DNA of 33,238 bases, from the sequence record DRR723986_4966, one strand, 5' to 3'. Positions 1 to 8,745 of this stretch are shown here, one piece after another. The notes beneath the pieces are model-generated. The model worked only from the letters and a program-made list of their open reading frames with translations, did not search any database and had not been told where the DNA came from. A program made the position numbers and the translations under genes. Every line of letters begins with the position of its first letter. Positions within the stretch are counted from its first letter, which is position 1.

Positions 1-1
1 T

Positions 2-247
2 TCTTTGCTTATCTGGTCGGAAGACCGATGTGACCTCAATTATAATTTTGAACAAATTCCAGATTGCTTTTCCCCTTTTACTGGTAGAAAAGCGGATATA
101 CATTATGTAATATTATCAGAAGAAAATAAACTGGAAATCAATTTCATTCTCTCAGATGAGGATTTCCAAAGTCACCCAAGTCTCACAATTAAAAACAATC
201 ATGAAAATAAAATTCTTATCCCTTATACTAACCTTAGTGGTCAATAG
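2..247 (+). CDS. possible 3' end of an upstream gene, truncated by the window edge; product unknown
   Basis: Frame open from position 2 to TAG at 245-247, overlapping the next start (201); no recognisable motif. Confidence 0.3.
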   Translation, partial: SLLIWSEDRCDLNYNFEQIPDCFSPFTGRKADIHYVILSEENKLEINFILSDEDFQSHPSLTIKNNHENKILIPYTNLSGQ

Positions 248-1595
248 TTCAGTGCTTTTGGCGCAACAGGTACCTACAGGTGATACTCCCAAGCCCCGTA
301 TAGTAATTTTAACTGATGTGTCTACCTGGGAGACAGATGATAGCGAATCGTTAGTAAGGTTATTAGTACATGCCGACCTCTTCGAAATCGAAAGTATTAT
401 TTACACTACGGGTTGGAGTTTGGATAAAACGCGGGAGGATTTTTTCCAGCTGATTCATGATGCCATTGATGCCTACGAAAAGGATCTCCCAAACCTGATG
501 AAGCGATCTGGGCAAAAGGGCTTTGCTGCAGATGAATCCCATCAAAATATTGGTTATTGGCCAAGTCCTTCGTACTTAAGAAGTATCACAGTTTTTGGCA
601 GTAAAAACCGCGGGAAGGAGTTTCTCGGGAAAGACAATGATTCACGTGGAAGTGAGTTGATCATCGAACTTGCAGATGAAAAGGATGAGCGTCCCTTGTG
701 GATTACTGTATGGGGAGGAGGAAATACTATCGCACAGTCTATATGGAAAGTAAAGCAAGAACGATCTGAATCTGAACTCAAAGAATTCCTCCATAAAATT
801 CCTATTTATACTATTACTGATCAAGACCGGGACCAGAAAACTCCCTATGACATCAGCTCTCATCAGTGGATGCGTGGTGAGTTTGAAGAGGATCTACTTT
901 TTATCTGGGATGAGTCTGCTTGGAGATACCAGAATGGTACAGGGAAGAAAAACTGGGAAGAATATGCTGCTCATATACAAAGCCATGGAAACTTGGGTAA
1001 GATATATCCAAAATATAAGTATGGAGTCGAAGGTGATACTCCTGCCTTCCTACACTTGATGCCAAATGGGTTAAATGACCCAATGGTTCCTTCACAAGTT
1101 GGTTGGGGTGGATACTTTGAGTTTGGGATGACTGAAGATAGCGTAACTTCTTCTTTCAGAAACTATAAGGCTCCTGAGTCCGAAGTGTCAAGAACCTATG
1201 AAAGCTATTTCTATCCTGCCACTTTTAACAATTTTGCAGCCCGAATGGACTGGGCAAATGAAGGGAGAGGCAACCGCAATCCTATAGTTGTAATCAACAA
1301 AAATCCTGGTATTGGCATCCTCAAAGTCAAAGCTAAAAAACGTCAAAATGTTATCCTAGACGCCTCAAAGTCCTATGATCTAGAAGAAGATGAGCTTAGC
1401 TATAAATGGTGGATTATTCCAGAGGCTGGTACGTATAGGGGGGAAGTAGTCATTCCGAATAATGATTCTGACTCAATAAGATTCACCCTACCTCCAGATT
1501 CTTCAGGTAAAACTATTCATGTCATTTGCGAAGTAACCGACAATGGTTCGCCAAATCTGACAAGTTATCGAAGAATTATCATTGAAGTGAAATAG
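201..1595 (+). CDS. secreted DUF1593 (nucleoside-hydrolase-like) protein with C-terminal Ig/PKD-like domain
   Basis: ATG at 201 after A-rich tract gives a signal peptide (MKIKFLSLILTLVVNSSVLLAQ). Motifs TD..ETDDSESLVRLL, DERPLWITVWGGGNTIAQ, EGDTPAFL, GWGG, AARMDW; C-terminal LDASKSYD...IHVICEVTDNGSPNLTSYRRII. Confidence 0.85.
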   Translation: MKIKFLSLILTLVVNSSVLLAQQVPTGDTPKPRIVILTDVSTWETDDSESLVRLLVHADLFEIESIIYTTGWSLDKTREDFFQLIHDAIDAYEKDLPNLMKRSGQKGFAADESHQNIGYWPSPSYLRSITVFGSKNRGKEFLGKDNDSRGSELIIELADEKDERPLWITVWGGGNTIAQSIWKVKQERSESELKEFLHKIPIYTITDQDRDQKTPYDISSHQWMRGEFEEDLLFIWDESAWRYQNGTGKKNWEEYAAHIQSHGNLGKIYPKYKYGVEGDTPAFLHLMPNGLNDPMVPSQVGWGGYFEFGMTEDSVTSSFRNYKAPESEVSRTYESYFYPATFNNFAARMDWANEGRGNRNPIVVINKNPGIGILKVKAKKRQNVILDASKSYDLEEDELSYKWWIIPEAGTYRGEVVIPNNDSDSIRFTLPPDSSGKTIHVICEVTDNGSPNLTSYRRIIIEVK

Positions 1596-1604
1596 ATAGA
1601 ACAG

Positions 1605-2603
1605 GTGAGTTTCAATAAACTAATAGTGTCTGTAGGATTCCTATTTGGGATTAATTCAGCCAGCCTGGCTCAATATCGCGTGATCGTCTCTTCTGATTTC
1701 CCACCAATTCCGGTGACCAATAGTGACCCGGATGATGTGCAGTCTATGATAAGATTTTTACTCTATACCAACGAGCTGGAGGTTGAAGCACTGATCGCAT
1801 CTGCAGGAACTTTCGAAATGGTGGCAGACAAGCAAACTATTTTAGAAGTACTGGATAAGTACGATCTAGTCGATGAGAACCTGAGAAAGCATGATCCTAA
1901 ATTCCCGACTGCAGACTACCTGAAATCTGTCACATTCGAAGGGAGAGGCAACCGTCAGAACATTCCGATCAAGTGGGGATGTGAAAAACAGCCTTGGAAT
2001 GAGATAATAGGGCCGGGGAAAGACAGCGAAGCTTCAAGTGCGATTATTGAAACAGTAGACAACCCTGACCCTAGACCCGTTTATATTGGAGTATGGGGTG
2101 GCGCAAGGGAAGTTGCCCAAGCTATCTGGAAAGTACAAAACACTAGAAGTCCCGAGGAGTTGGAGGCCTTTTTAGGTAAAATGAGAATATTCCTAATTGC
2201 ATGTCAGGATGCCAGCCATGGATGGTTGATGGATAATTTCCCCCAGCTGCATATTATAGAATCCAAGAAAACCTACCAGGGTATGTTCAAAGTGGGTTCC
2301 CAAGAATGGGCGGAAGAAAACGTAATCAACAACCATGGGCCACTTGGGGCTATTTATCCACCAAAAGCAATGGCTGGAGCTGGTGTTATAGAGGGGGATA
2401 GTCCCGCATTTCTCTATTTGCTAAGCGCAGCTCGAGGAATAAATGACCCTGAAGACCCTACTCAAGAAAGTTGGGGCGGACAATATGTAAGAGTAGAAGG
2501 CACCAATCATTATATAGACGGACTTGGGCCTGATTCAATTTCTAAATGGAAAGTTGATTTTCAATTAGATTTTCAAATACGAGCTGATTGGATGATTTAT
2601 TAA
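1605..2603 (+). CDS. secreted DUF1593 paralogue, catalytic-type domain only
   Basis: GTG start 9 nt after previous stop; signal peptide ending SLA-Q; DPDDVQSMIRFLLY, DPRPVYIGVWGG, EGDSPAFL, SWGG, RADW motifs shared with the upstream gene. Confidence 0.82.
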   Translation: MSFNKLIVSVGFLFGINSASLAQYRVIVSSDFPPIPVTNSDPDDVQSMIRFLLYTNELEVEALIASAGTFEMVADKQTILEVLDKYDLVDENLRKHDPKFPTADYLKSVTFEGRGNRQNIPIKWGCEKQPWNEIIGPGKDSEASSAIIETVDNPDPRPVYIGVWGGAREVAQAIWKVQNTRSPEELEAFLGKMRIFLIACQDASHGWLMDNFPQLHIIESKKTYQGMFKVGSQEWAEENVINNHGPLGAIYPPKAMAGAGVIEGDSPAFLYLLSAARGINDPEDPTQESWGGQYVRVEGTNHYIDGLGPDSISKWKVDFQLDFQIRADWMIY

Positions 2604-2805
2604 ATGCACTGTATCACAATACCAATTAGGCAAAACTAGGCAGAAATAAAATGCAAGAACCAATTTCTAAGCCCAATTGGACATCAACTCGCAGCTTTCA
2701 TTTCTCATTACATGAACTAGAGGGCTTAGGTCGGTAATGTAAACTTGGTAAATTCCTTTTTAAAACAACCAATTTGCTGACTATCACCCATATAAATATT
2801 TGAAA

Positions 2806-4857
2806 ATGACTAAACGTAAATACATGAAACTAAGGATGGGGCTACTTTGTAGTGTTCTTCTTGTCTTTGCTGCGCAAGTTAATGCGCAGGAAAAAGCAAT
2901 GGTCAACACTTCCAAAAGTCCTTTTGCTAAACAGGTTTCAGTGGATATGGATGTCGTTCATTGGACTGGTGGGTTTTGGGGGCATTGGGCTGAAGTGAGT
3001 AAGGATACCATGGCAATGAACATGTTGCAGGTTTATGAAAATGATACGCTGAGCCATGCCTTTCTTAACTTTGAGATAGCGGCCGGGTACAAAGAAGGAA
3101 AACACAGAGGTGCTCCATTTCATGATGGGGATTTTTATAAAACCTTGGAAGCATTAGTTTCAGTGTATGCTACGACCAAAGATCCGAGGTACTATGATGA
3201 GCTCGAGCGTATCATAAAGGTAATAGCTGATGCGCAAAGAGCAGATGGATACATCCATACATCCACTATCATCAAGCAGCGAAATAACCCAGAAGATGCT
3301 GTTGAGTTTGAGGACCGTATGAATTTCGAAACTTATAATATGGGTCATTTGATGACTGCCGCCAGTTTACATTACCGCACTACTGGGCAGACTAACTTTC
3401 TGGATATAGCAGTAAAAGCGACAGATTTTCTTGTGGAATACCACGAGGATGCAACTGCTGAGCAAGCTCAAAATGCCATCTGTCCCTCACATTATATGGG
3501 AGTGGTGGAGATGTACAGAACGACCGGCAACCAGAGATATCTGGACCTCGCGCAGAAAATGATAGATATCCGCGGAATGATCACTGATGGCACCGACCAT
3601 AACCAAGACCGGATTCCTTTCCGTCAACAGCGAGAAGCAGTAGGTCATGCTGTTCGAGCTAATTATCTCTATGCTGGGGTGGCGGATTTGTATGCAGAGA
3701 CAGGCGAGGATTCATTGATGATGGCTTTGGAAAGTATTTGGCAGGATGTGGTAAATAAAAAATTGTATATCACTGGTGCGACCGGAGCTTTATACGATGG
3801 AGTTTCACCAAATGGTACCACCTACAATCAGCCGATCATTCAGCAGGTGCATCAAGCCTACGGGCAGGCGTATCAACTTCCGAATATTGCAGCTTATAAT
3901 GAAACCTGTGCTAATATTGGCAATGTCCTTTGGAACCACCGAATGCTGTTGGTAACTGGAGACAGTCGATTTGCAGATATCATGGAGCTGAGTTTATTCA
4001 ACAGTGTGTTATCCGGAACAGATCTGACTGGTACTCATTTCAATTATACCAATCCTTTGCGGGTCGATGATGACTTGCCGTTTGAATTTCGCTGGTCCAA
4101 GGAGCGGCAACCTTATATCTCCAAATCAAATTGTTGTCCACCCAATGTAGTGAGAACCGTTGCCGAATCTCAGAATTATGCCTATGCATTGTCCAAAAAG
4201 GGACTTATAGTGAATATGTATGGTAGCAGTAATTTAAAGACCCAATTGCTGGATGGTTCTGATTTGGAGGTCAAACAGGAGACAGATTATCCATGGGATG
4301 GTACTATTAAGTTAGAAATTAATAAATCTTCAGGTAGTCCATTTGCTATTGATATGCGAATCCCGGCTTGGGCTGAAAATGCTGAGATAAAGATAAATGG
4401 TGAAAAAACTACAGAAAATGCATTAGCAGGAAGCTACTCAAGCCTAACTCGCAACTGGAAAAAAGGAGATGTGATCGAGCTATACCTTCCTATGGCTGTG
4501 CGATTGATGGAAGCGAATCCTCTGGTAGAGGAGACAAGGAATCAAGTTGCAGTAATGCGAGGACCAATTGTCTACTGTATCGAGTCACCTGATATTAGTG
4601 ACGCTAGAATTTTTGACGTGGAACTTCCAGCAGATATACAATTGAAGGCTGTGAAAGAAGAAATGGTAGGTGCACAAATTGCTTTCTTAGAAGGAACAGC
4701 CTTGTTGAAAACGGATAAAGAATGGAATGGAGATTTGTATCGCCCGATTGACTCCAAAAGTGAGTTAAAAGAGCTGGAGATCAGGCTAGTGCCCTATTTT
4801 GCATGGGGCAATAGGGGCAAATCAGAAATGTCTGTTTGGATTCCCCTGAAGAAGTAA
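2806..4857 (+). CDS. glycoside hydrolase family 127, aceric-acid-hydrolase-like
   Basis: GHAVRANY, YNETCA, SNCCPPN, TDYPWDG, RIPAWA, RGPIVYC, LVPYFAWGNRG motifs; signal peptide. Start is ATG 2806 or 2824. Confidence 0.9.
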   Translation: MTKRKYMKLRMGLLCSVLLVFAAQVNAQEKAMVNTSKSPFAKQVSVDMDVVHWTGGFWGHWAEVSKDTMAMNMLQVYENDTLSHAFLNFEIAAGYKEGKHRGAPFHDGDFYKTLEALVSVYATTKDPRYYDELERIIKVIADAQRADGYIHTSTIIKQRNNPEDAVEFEDRMNFETYNMGHLMTAASLHYRTTGQTNFLDIAVKATDFLVEYHEDATAEQAQNAICPSHYMGVVEMYRTTGNQRYLDLAQKMIDIRGMITDGTDHNQDRIPFRQQREAVGHAVRANYLYAGVADLYAETGEDSLMMALESIWQDVVNKKLYITGATGALYDGVSPNGTTYNQPIIQQVHQAYGQAYQLPNIAAYNETCANIGNVLWNHRMLLVTGDSRFADIMELSLFNSVLSGTDLTGTHFNYTNPLRVDDDLPFEFRWSKERQPYISKSNCCPPNVVRTVAESQNYAYALSKKGLIVNMYGSSNLKTQLLDGSDLEVKQETDYPWDGTIKLEINKSSGSPFAIDMRIPAWAENAEIKINGEKTTENALAGSYSSLTRNWKKGDVIELYLPMAVRLMEANPLVEETRNQVAVMRGPIVYCIESPDISDARIFDVELPADIQLKAVKEEMVGAQIAFLEGTALLKTDKEWNGDLYRPIDSKSELKELEIRLVPYFAWGNRGKSEMSVWIPLKK

Positions 4858-5027
4858 GCACTTGACACAAGAGACTTTTTCAGCAATTGGAAAGCAGAAC
4901 TATTGTAGAGTTGATCCTTTGTCAAACTCCGTTATTTTTACTGTCACGGATGACGGTGTTCCTCGACTTACGAGATTTTAACGAGTGATAGCAGAGGTGA
5001 AGAAGGGAAATTTAGTGGGCGCAGGAT

Positions 5028-5068
5028 CGAACCCTATCTAATTGCTGAGGTAGGATTCGTTTTTATTT
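5028..5068 (+). terminator. candidate intrinsic terminator for the DUF1593-GH127 operon, overlapping the ribB 3' end
   Basis: CGAACCCTATCT-8 nt loop-AGGTAGGATTCG (one mismatch, one G-U) followed by TTTTTATTT. Confidence 0.45.
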
Positions 5069-5676
5069 CTGTATGCAATTAAATCTTCAATGGAGACCAT
5101 CTTTAAGTTGAATTTTTTCGCTACCAAAAAAAGATCTGGAAGCCTAGCCATAGTACCATCTTCATTTAATATTTCTACTAATACTCCAGCAGGTGACAAT
5201 CCTGCTAATAGTGCGAAGTCAATTGCAGCCTCAGTATGTCCAGCCCTTTTAAGTACGCCGCCACTTTTGGCTTTTAGAGGAAAAACATGACCAGGTTTTC
5301 CTAATTCACTCGGATATATAGTATCATCGACAAGAGCTCGAATTGTCTTCGCACGATCTGAGGACGATATTCCGGTAGAACACCCATGCCCAATCAAATC
5401 TACCGAAATAGTAAAGGGAGTTTCGTATGCCGCAGTATTGTTTGAAACCATAAGGGACAATCCTAATTTTTCACACCTTTCTTCGCTGACTGGCGCACAA
5501 ATTAGACCTCTACCATAAGTAGCCATGAAATTTATGATTTCTGGTGTTACCAGTTCAGCAGCACAGATAAAGTCACCTTCATTTTCACGGTTTTCATCAT
5601 CTACTACAATAATAACTTCGCCGTTTTTGATAGCCTCGATTGCATCTTCAATAGAGTCTAGTTGATAATTTTCCAC
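5038..5676 (-). CDS. ribB: 3,4-dihydroxy-2-butanone-4-phosphate synthase (monofunctional)
   Basis: [41 protein letters not shown] motifs. GTG at 5676 is preferred because the ORF-track TTG (5709) lies inside the promoter box. Confidence 0.92.
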   Translation of the reverse strand: MENYQLDSIEDAIEAIKNGEVIIVVDDENRENEGDFICAAELVTPEIINFMATYGRGLICAPVSEERCEKLGLSLMVSNNTAAYETPFTISVDLIGHGCSTGISSSDRAKTIRALVDDTIYPSELGKPGHVFPLKAKSGGVLKRAGHTEAAIDFALLAGLSPAGVLVEILNEDGTMARLPDLFLVAKKFNLKMVSIEDLIAYRNKNESYLSN

Positions 5677-5706
5677 TAATGATAAAGTTTGATGAAAATG
5701 GGACTG

Positions 5707-5714
5707 CAAATTTA
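5707..5714 (-). promoter_or_regulatory. Bacteroidota -7 promoter element of ribB
   Basis: TAAATTTG matches TAnnTTTG, 30 nt upstream of the GTG. Confidence 0.65.
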
Positions 5715-5909
5715 ACCTTTATTCCTTTCCAAATTGGAAGAACTCAAAGACTTAGAGGGAAATTGTTTTCCGGTATCTTTCCGTGGTGCCTGAGTACCTC
5801 TGTTTCCTACAAAGAATAGGAGTAGCCTTCAAAAACGAAAATTATGAAAAGTGACCCTATGAGATTTAGAGTAATAGTATGAAACCAGCATGATATGTGA
5901 TTTCTTAAA

Positions 5910-6890
5910 TCAATTCATCCTCGCAAACTTGTTGTACTTATTTCTGTATTCAATAGGAGTCAAACCAGTGATTTTTTTGAAGGTGGTCCTGAAGGCTTTG
6001 GTATCAGAATATCCCACTTCAAACATGACTTCTGTGATGTTTTTCATCGTAGTTTCAAAGCTACGCTTTGCAGCTTCCACTTTGACTCGCTGAATGTATT
6101 CAAGCACGGAATTATTGGTAACCCGCTTAAATCTGCGCTCAAAACTTCGACGGCCAACAGCAACTTCATCGGCAAGCGCATCTACTGTAATGCGTTCTTC
6201 AAGCTTCTCCTCTATATATTCCTGAGCTTTTTTAACGGCTTCATCCTGATGAGTCTTTTGACCTTTGAACATGGAAAAAGCAGTTTGGCTATTCCGGTCG
6301 ATGTCTATTGCAAAATATTTCGCTGTTAAAATTGCTATTTCCCGATCAGCATATTTCTCAACTAAGTGTAGTAGTAAGTTCCAATACGAATTAGCTCCTC
6401 CGCTGGAATATATGCCATTTTCTTCTGTCACAATCGTCCCATCCTGAACTTCCACTTCGGGGTAGAACTCACGAAAAAGATTGGTAAATCCCCAATGTGT
6501 AGAACATTTTTTACCATCAAGTAGTCCAGTAGCAGCTAGCAAAAATGCACCTACGCAAAGCGAGGCTATCTCCGTTCCTGATTCATATTGTGCTTTTATC
6601 CAAGGAATATAGGCCTCATTGGCTTCTACGGCTTTTTTCATGTCTCCAAAAAGTGCAGGGATGACAACTAAATCCGGGGCAGTTGCAGTGGGTAAAAGTT
6701 TGTCTGGAAATACGGAATAGCGTTTGTCATCTAATTTAACTTCTGGATTCAGACCAACTAATTCAACATGGAAAAGAGGATCTCCGCCTGATCTGGTAAG
6801 AAATTCATTGACTGCAGAGAAACAATATTGCGGATCTGCAATTGCTTGTAGAACAGATTGTTCCGGTACTATTATAGCAATGTTTTTCAT
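5910..6890 (-). CDS. GlxA-family transcriptional regulator (DJ-1/PfpI-like + AraC HTH)
   Basis: ASLCVGAFLLAATGLLDGKKCSTHW, SSGGA; C-terminal RSFERRFK...VGYSDTKAFRTTFKKITGLTPIEYR. Confidence 0.92.
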   Translation of the reverse strand: MKNIAIIVPEQSVLQAIADPQYCFSAVNEFLTRSGGDPLFHVELVGLNPEVKLDDKRYSVFPDKLLPTATAPDLVVIPALFGDMKKAVEANEAYIPWIKAQYESGTEIASLCVGAFLLAATGLLDGKKCSTHWGFTNLFREFYPEVEVQDGTIVTEENGIYSSGGANSYWNLLLHLVEKYADREIAILTAKYFAIDIDRNSQTAFSMFKGQKTHQDEAVKKAQEYIEEKLEERITVDALADEVAVGRRSFERRFKRVTNNSVLEYIQRVKVEAAKRSFETTMKNITEVMFEVGYSDTKAFRTTFKKITGLTPIEYRNKYNKFARMN

Positions 6891-6910
6891 GTGTTTAAAT
6901 TAATGTTTCC

Positions 6911-6940
6911 TGTCGCAATCTACCTTTCAATTGTCAGAAT
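6911..6940 (+). promoter_or_regulatory. candidate AraC-type operator: direct repeat with 21-bp period
   Basis: TGTCGCAAT (6911) and TGTCAGAAT (6932) between the divergent genes. Confidence 0.55.
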
Positions 6941-6969
6941 TGAACAGGGTGAATTTTAGCGGCGATTGA

Positions 6970-6977
6970 TAAATTTG
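6970..6977 (+). promoter_or_regulatory. -7 promoter element of the SRPBCC-VOC operon
   Basis: TAAATTTG, 33 nt before ATG 7011. Confidence 0.6.
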
Positions 6978-7010
6978 TTAAGTAAATTTTGATAATCAAA
7001 TCAGAAGACC

Positions 7011-7895
7011 ATGACAACTACTCAAAAAACCAAAATTACTGTTCAAGTAACCGTAAATGCGCCTTTAGAAAAAGTTTGGAATTACTTCACCGAACCCAAG
7101 CATATCATCCATTGGAATAATGCTTCTGCTGATTGGCACACGACCAAATCAGAAAATGACCTTCAACCCGGTGGAAGTTTTACTTCCAGAATGGAAGCGA
7201 AAGATGGAAGTATGGGTTTTGATTTTGGAGGAGTATATCAAGAAGTGGAAAAACACACCTACTATACGTACATTTTGAGCGATGAACGTCAGGTGAAAGT
7301 TACTTTTAAAGAAGTTCCTGATGGAGTAGAAGTGGTGGAGGTATTCGATGCTGAAATGGAGAATTCAGTTGAATTGCAAAAAAAAGGGTGGCAGGCTATT
7401 TTAGAAAATTTCAAAACATACACCGAGTCAGAGGCGAAAATGGTCAGATTGCACTTTGAGATTTTGATCAAAAAACCATCTGCTGAAGTGTATACAACCA
7501 TGCTTCAAAAACCTACCTATGAGGAATGGACAGAAGCTTTTTCTCCAGGCTCTACCTACATAGGTACTTGGGAAGAGGGAAGCAAAATACTTTTTGTCTC
7601 TCAAGGAGAAGAAGGAAATCAAAATGGAATGGTGAGTAAAGTTGCTAAGAATGAGGAGAACAAGCATGTGGATATAGAACACTTAGGGGTATTGAAAGAG
7701 GGGGTTGAAGTGTTGGAAGGAAAAGCAGTGGATTCCTGGAAGGGAGCCCATGAAAAATACACATTTGAAGCAAACGGGGAGGCTACAAAACTTTTAGTTG
7801 ACACAGATTCCACGCTAGAATATGAAGAGTTTTTTAATGAAGCTTGGCCTAAAGCACTTAATAAATTGAAAGAAATCTGCGAAGGGAATGGGTAA
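7011..7895 (+). CDS. tandem double SRPBCC (AHSA1/START-like) domain protein
   Basis: Two units: VNAPLEKVW..TEP..W...GWQAILENFK and IKKPSAEVY...YEEWT...AWPKALNKLKEICE. Confidence 0.85.
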   Translation: MTTTQKTKITVQVTVNAPLEKVWNYFTEPKHIIHWNNASADWHTTKSENDLQPGGSFTSRMEAKDGSMGFDFGGVYQEVEKHTYYTYILSDERQVKVTFKEVPDGVEVVEVFDAEMENSVELQKKGWQAILENFKTYTESEAKMVRLHFEILIKKPSAEVYTTMLQKPTYEEWTEAFSPGSTYIGTWEEGSKILFVSQGEEGNQNGMVSKVAKNEENKHVDIEHLGVLKEGVEVLEGKAVDSWKGAHEKYTFEANGEATKLLVDTDSTLEYEEFFNEAWPKALNKLKEICEGNG

Positions 7896-8745
7896 TGCAC
7901 TGAAAAAAGCCATCTATCCGTGCTTATGGTTTGATGGCAATGCGAAAGAGGCCGCTGAATTTTACTGCTCAGTATTTTCGGATTCTACAATTGGAGAGGA
8001 AAATCCGATGGTGGTAACTTTTAATTCTTCCGGTCAGAAATTTATGTGTCTTAATGGAGGCCCGCAATTCAAATTTACCCCTGCGATTTCTTTTTACACC
8101 ATTATTCCTGATGAAACAGAAATCCAATCAATTTGGGATAAGCTTATTATTAACGGTAGGGCCTTGATGCCAATGGATTCTTATCCTTGGAGCAAAAAAT
8201 ATGGGTGGCTTCAGGATAAATTTGGGGTAACATGGCAATTAACTGTGGATAAGCCAGAAAATTCTGACCAGAAATTTATTCCAGCTTTACTCTTTTCAGG
8301 AACGAATTTCGGGAAGGCTGAGGAAGCAATTAATTTCTATACTGCCATATTCGAGAGCTCTTCTGTAAAACTCATTTCTAGATATGGGGCAGATGATCCC
8401 AATGGCCAAGATGGGACTATTAATCACGCACAGTTTGAATTGAGCGGACAATTATTCGCTGCCATGGATAGTGCTGTTGTGCATAATTTTGATTTCAATG
8501 AAGCATTATCGATAGTGGTTGAGTGTAAAGATCAAGCAGAAATAGACTATTTCTGGGAAAAGCTTATAGAAGATGGAGGAAAGGAGAGTCAATGCGGCTG
8601 GCTGAAAGATAAGTTTGGTGTTTCTTGGCAGATTGTTCCTGAAATCCTTTCAAAATTAATGTCTGATCCAGAACGATCTGGTCGTGTGGTTCAGGCCTTT
8701 ATGAAGATGAAAAAAATTGATATTGAGAAACTGAAAAAAGCCTGA
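7888..8745 (+). CDS. two-domain VOC family protein (PhnB / 3-demethylubiquinone-9 3-methyltransferase-like)
   Basis: PCLWFDGNAKEAAEFY, YGWLQDKFGVTWQ and CGWLKDKFGVSWQ repeats; 8-nt overlap with the upstream gene. Confidence 0.9.
   Translation: MGNALKKAIYPCLWFDGNAKEAAEFYCSVFSDSTIGEENPMVVTFNSSGQKFMCLNGGPQFKFTPAISFYTIIPDETEIQSIWDKLIINGRALMPMDSYPWSKKYGWLQDKFGVTWQLTVDKPENSDQKFIPALLFSGTNFGKAEEAINFYTAIFESSSVKLISRYGADDPNGQDGTINHAQFELSGQLFAAMDSAVVHNFDFNEALSIVVECKDQAEIDYFWEKLIEDGGKESQCGWLKDKFGVSWQIVPEILSKLMSDPERSGRVVQAFMKMKKIDIEKLKKA

Noticed and set aside
5014-5037. Minus-strand AGGGTTCGATCCTGCGCCCACT resembles a tRNA T-arm/3' end (possible att site)
   Set aside because: No acceptor, D or anticodon arms and no integrase; the bases are explained as one arm of the 5028-5059 hairpin.
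5677-5909. FMN riboswitch upstream of ribB
   Set aside because: No recognisable conserved FMN aptamer motifs; the promoter box is only 30 nt from the start.
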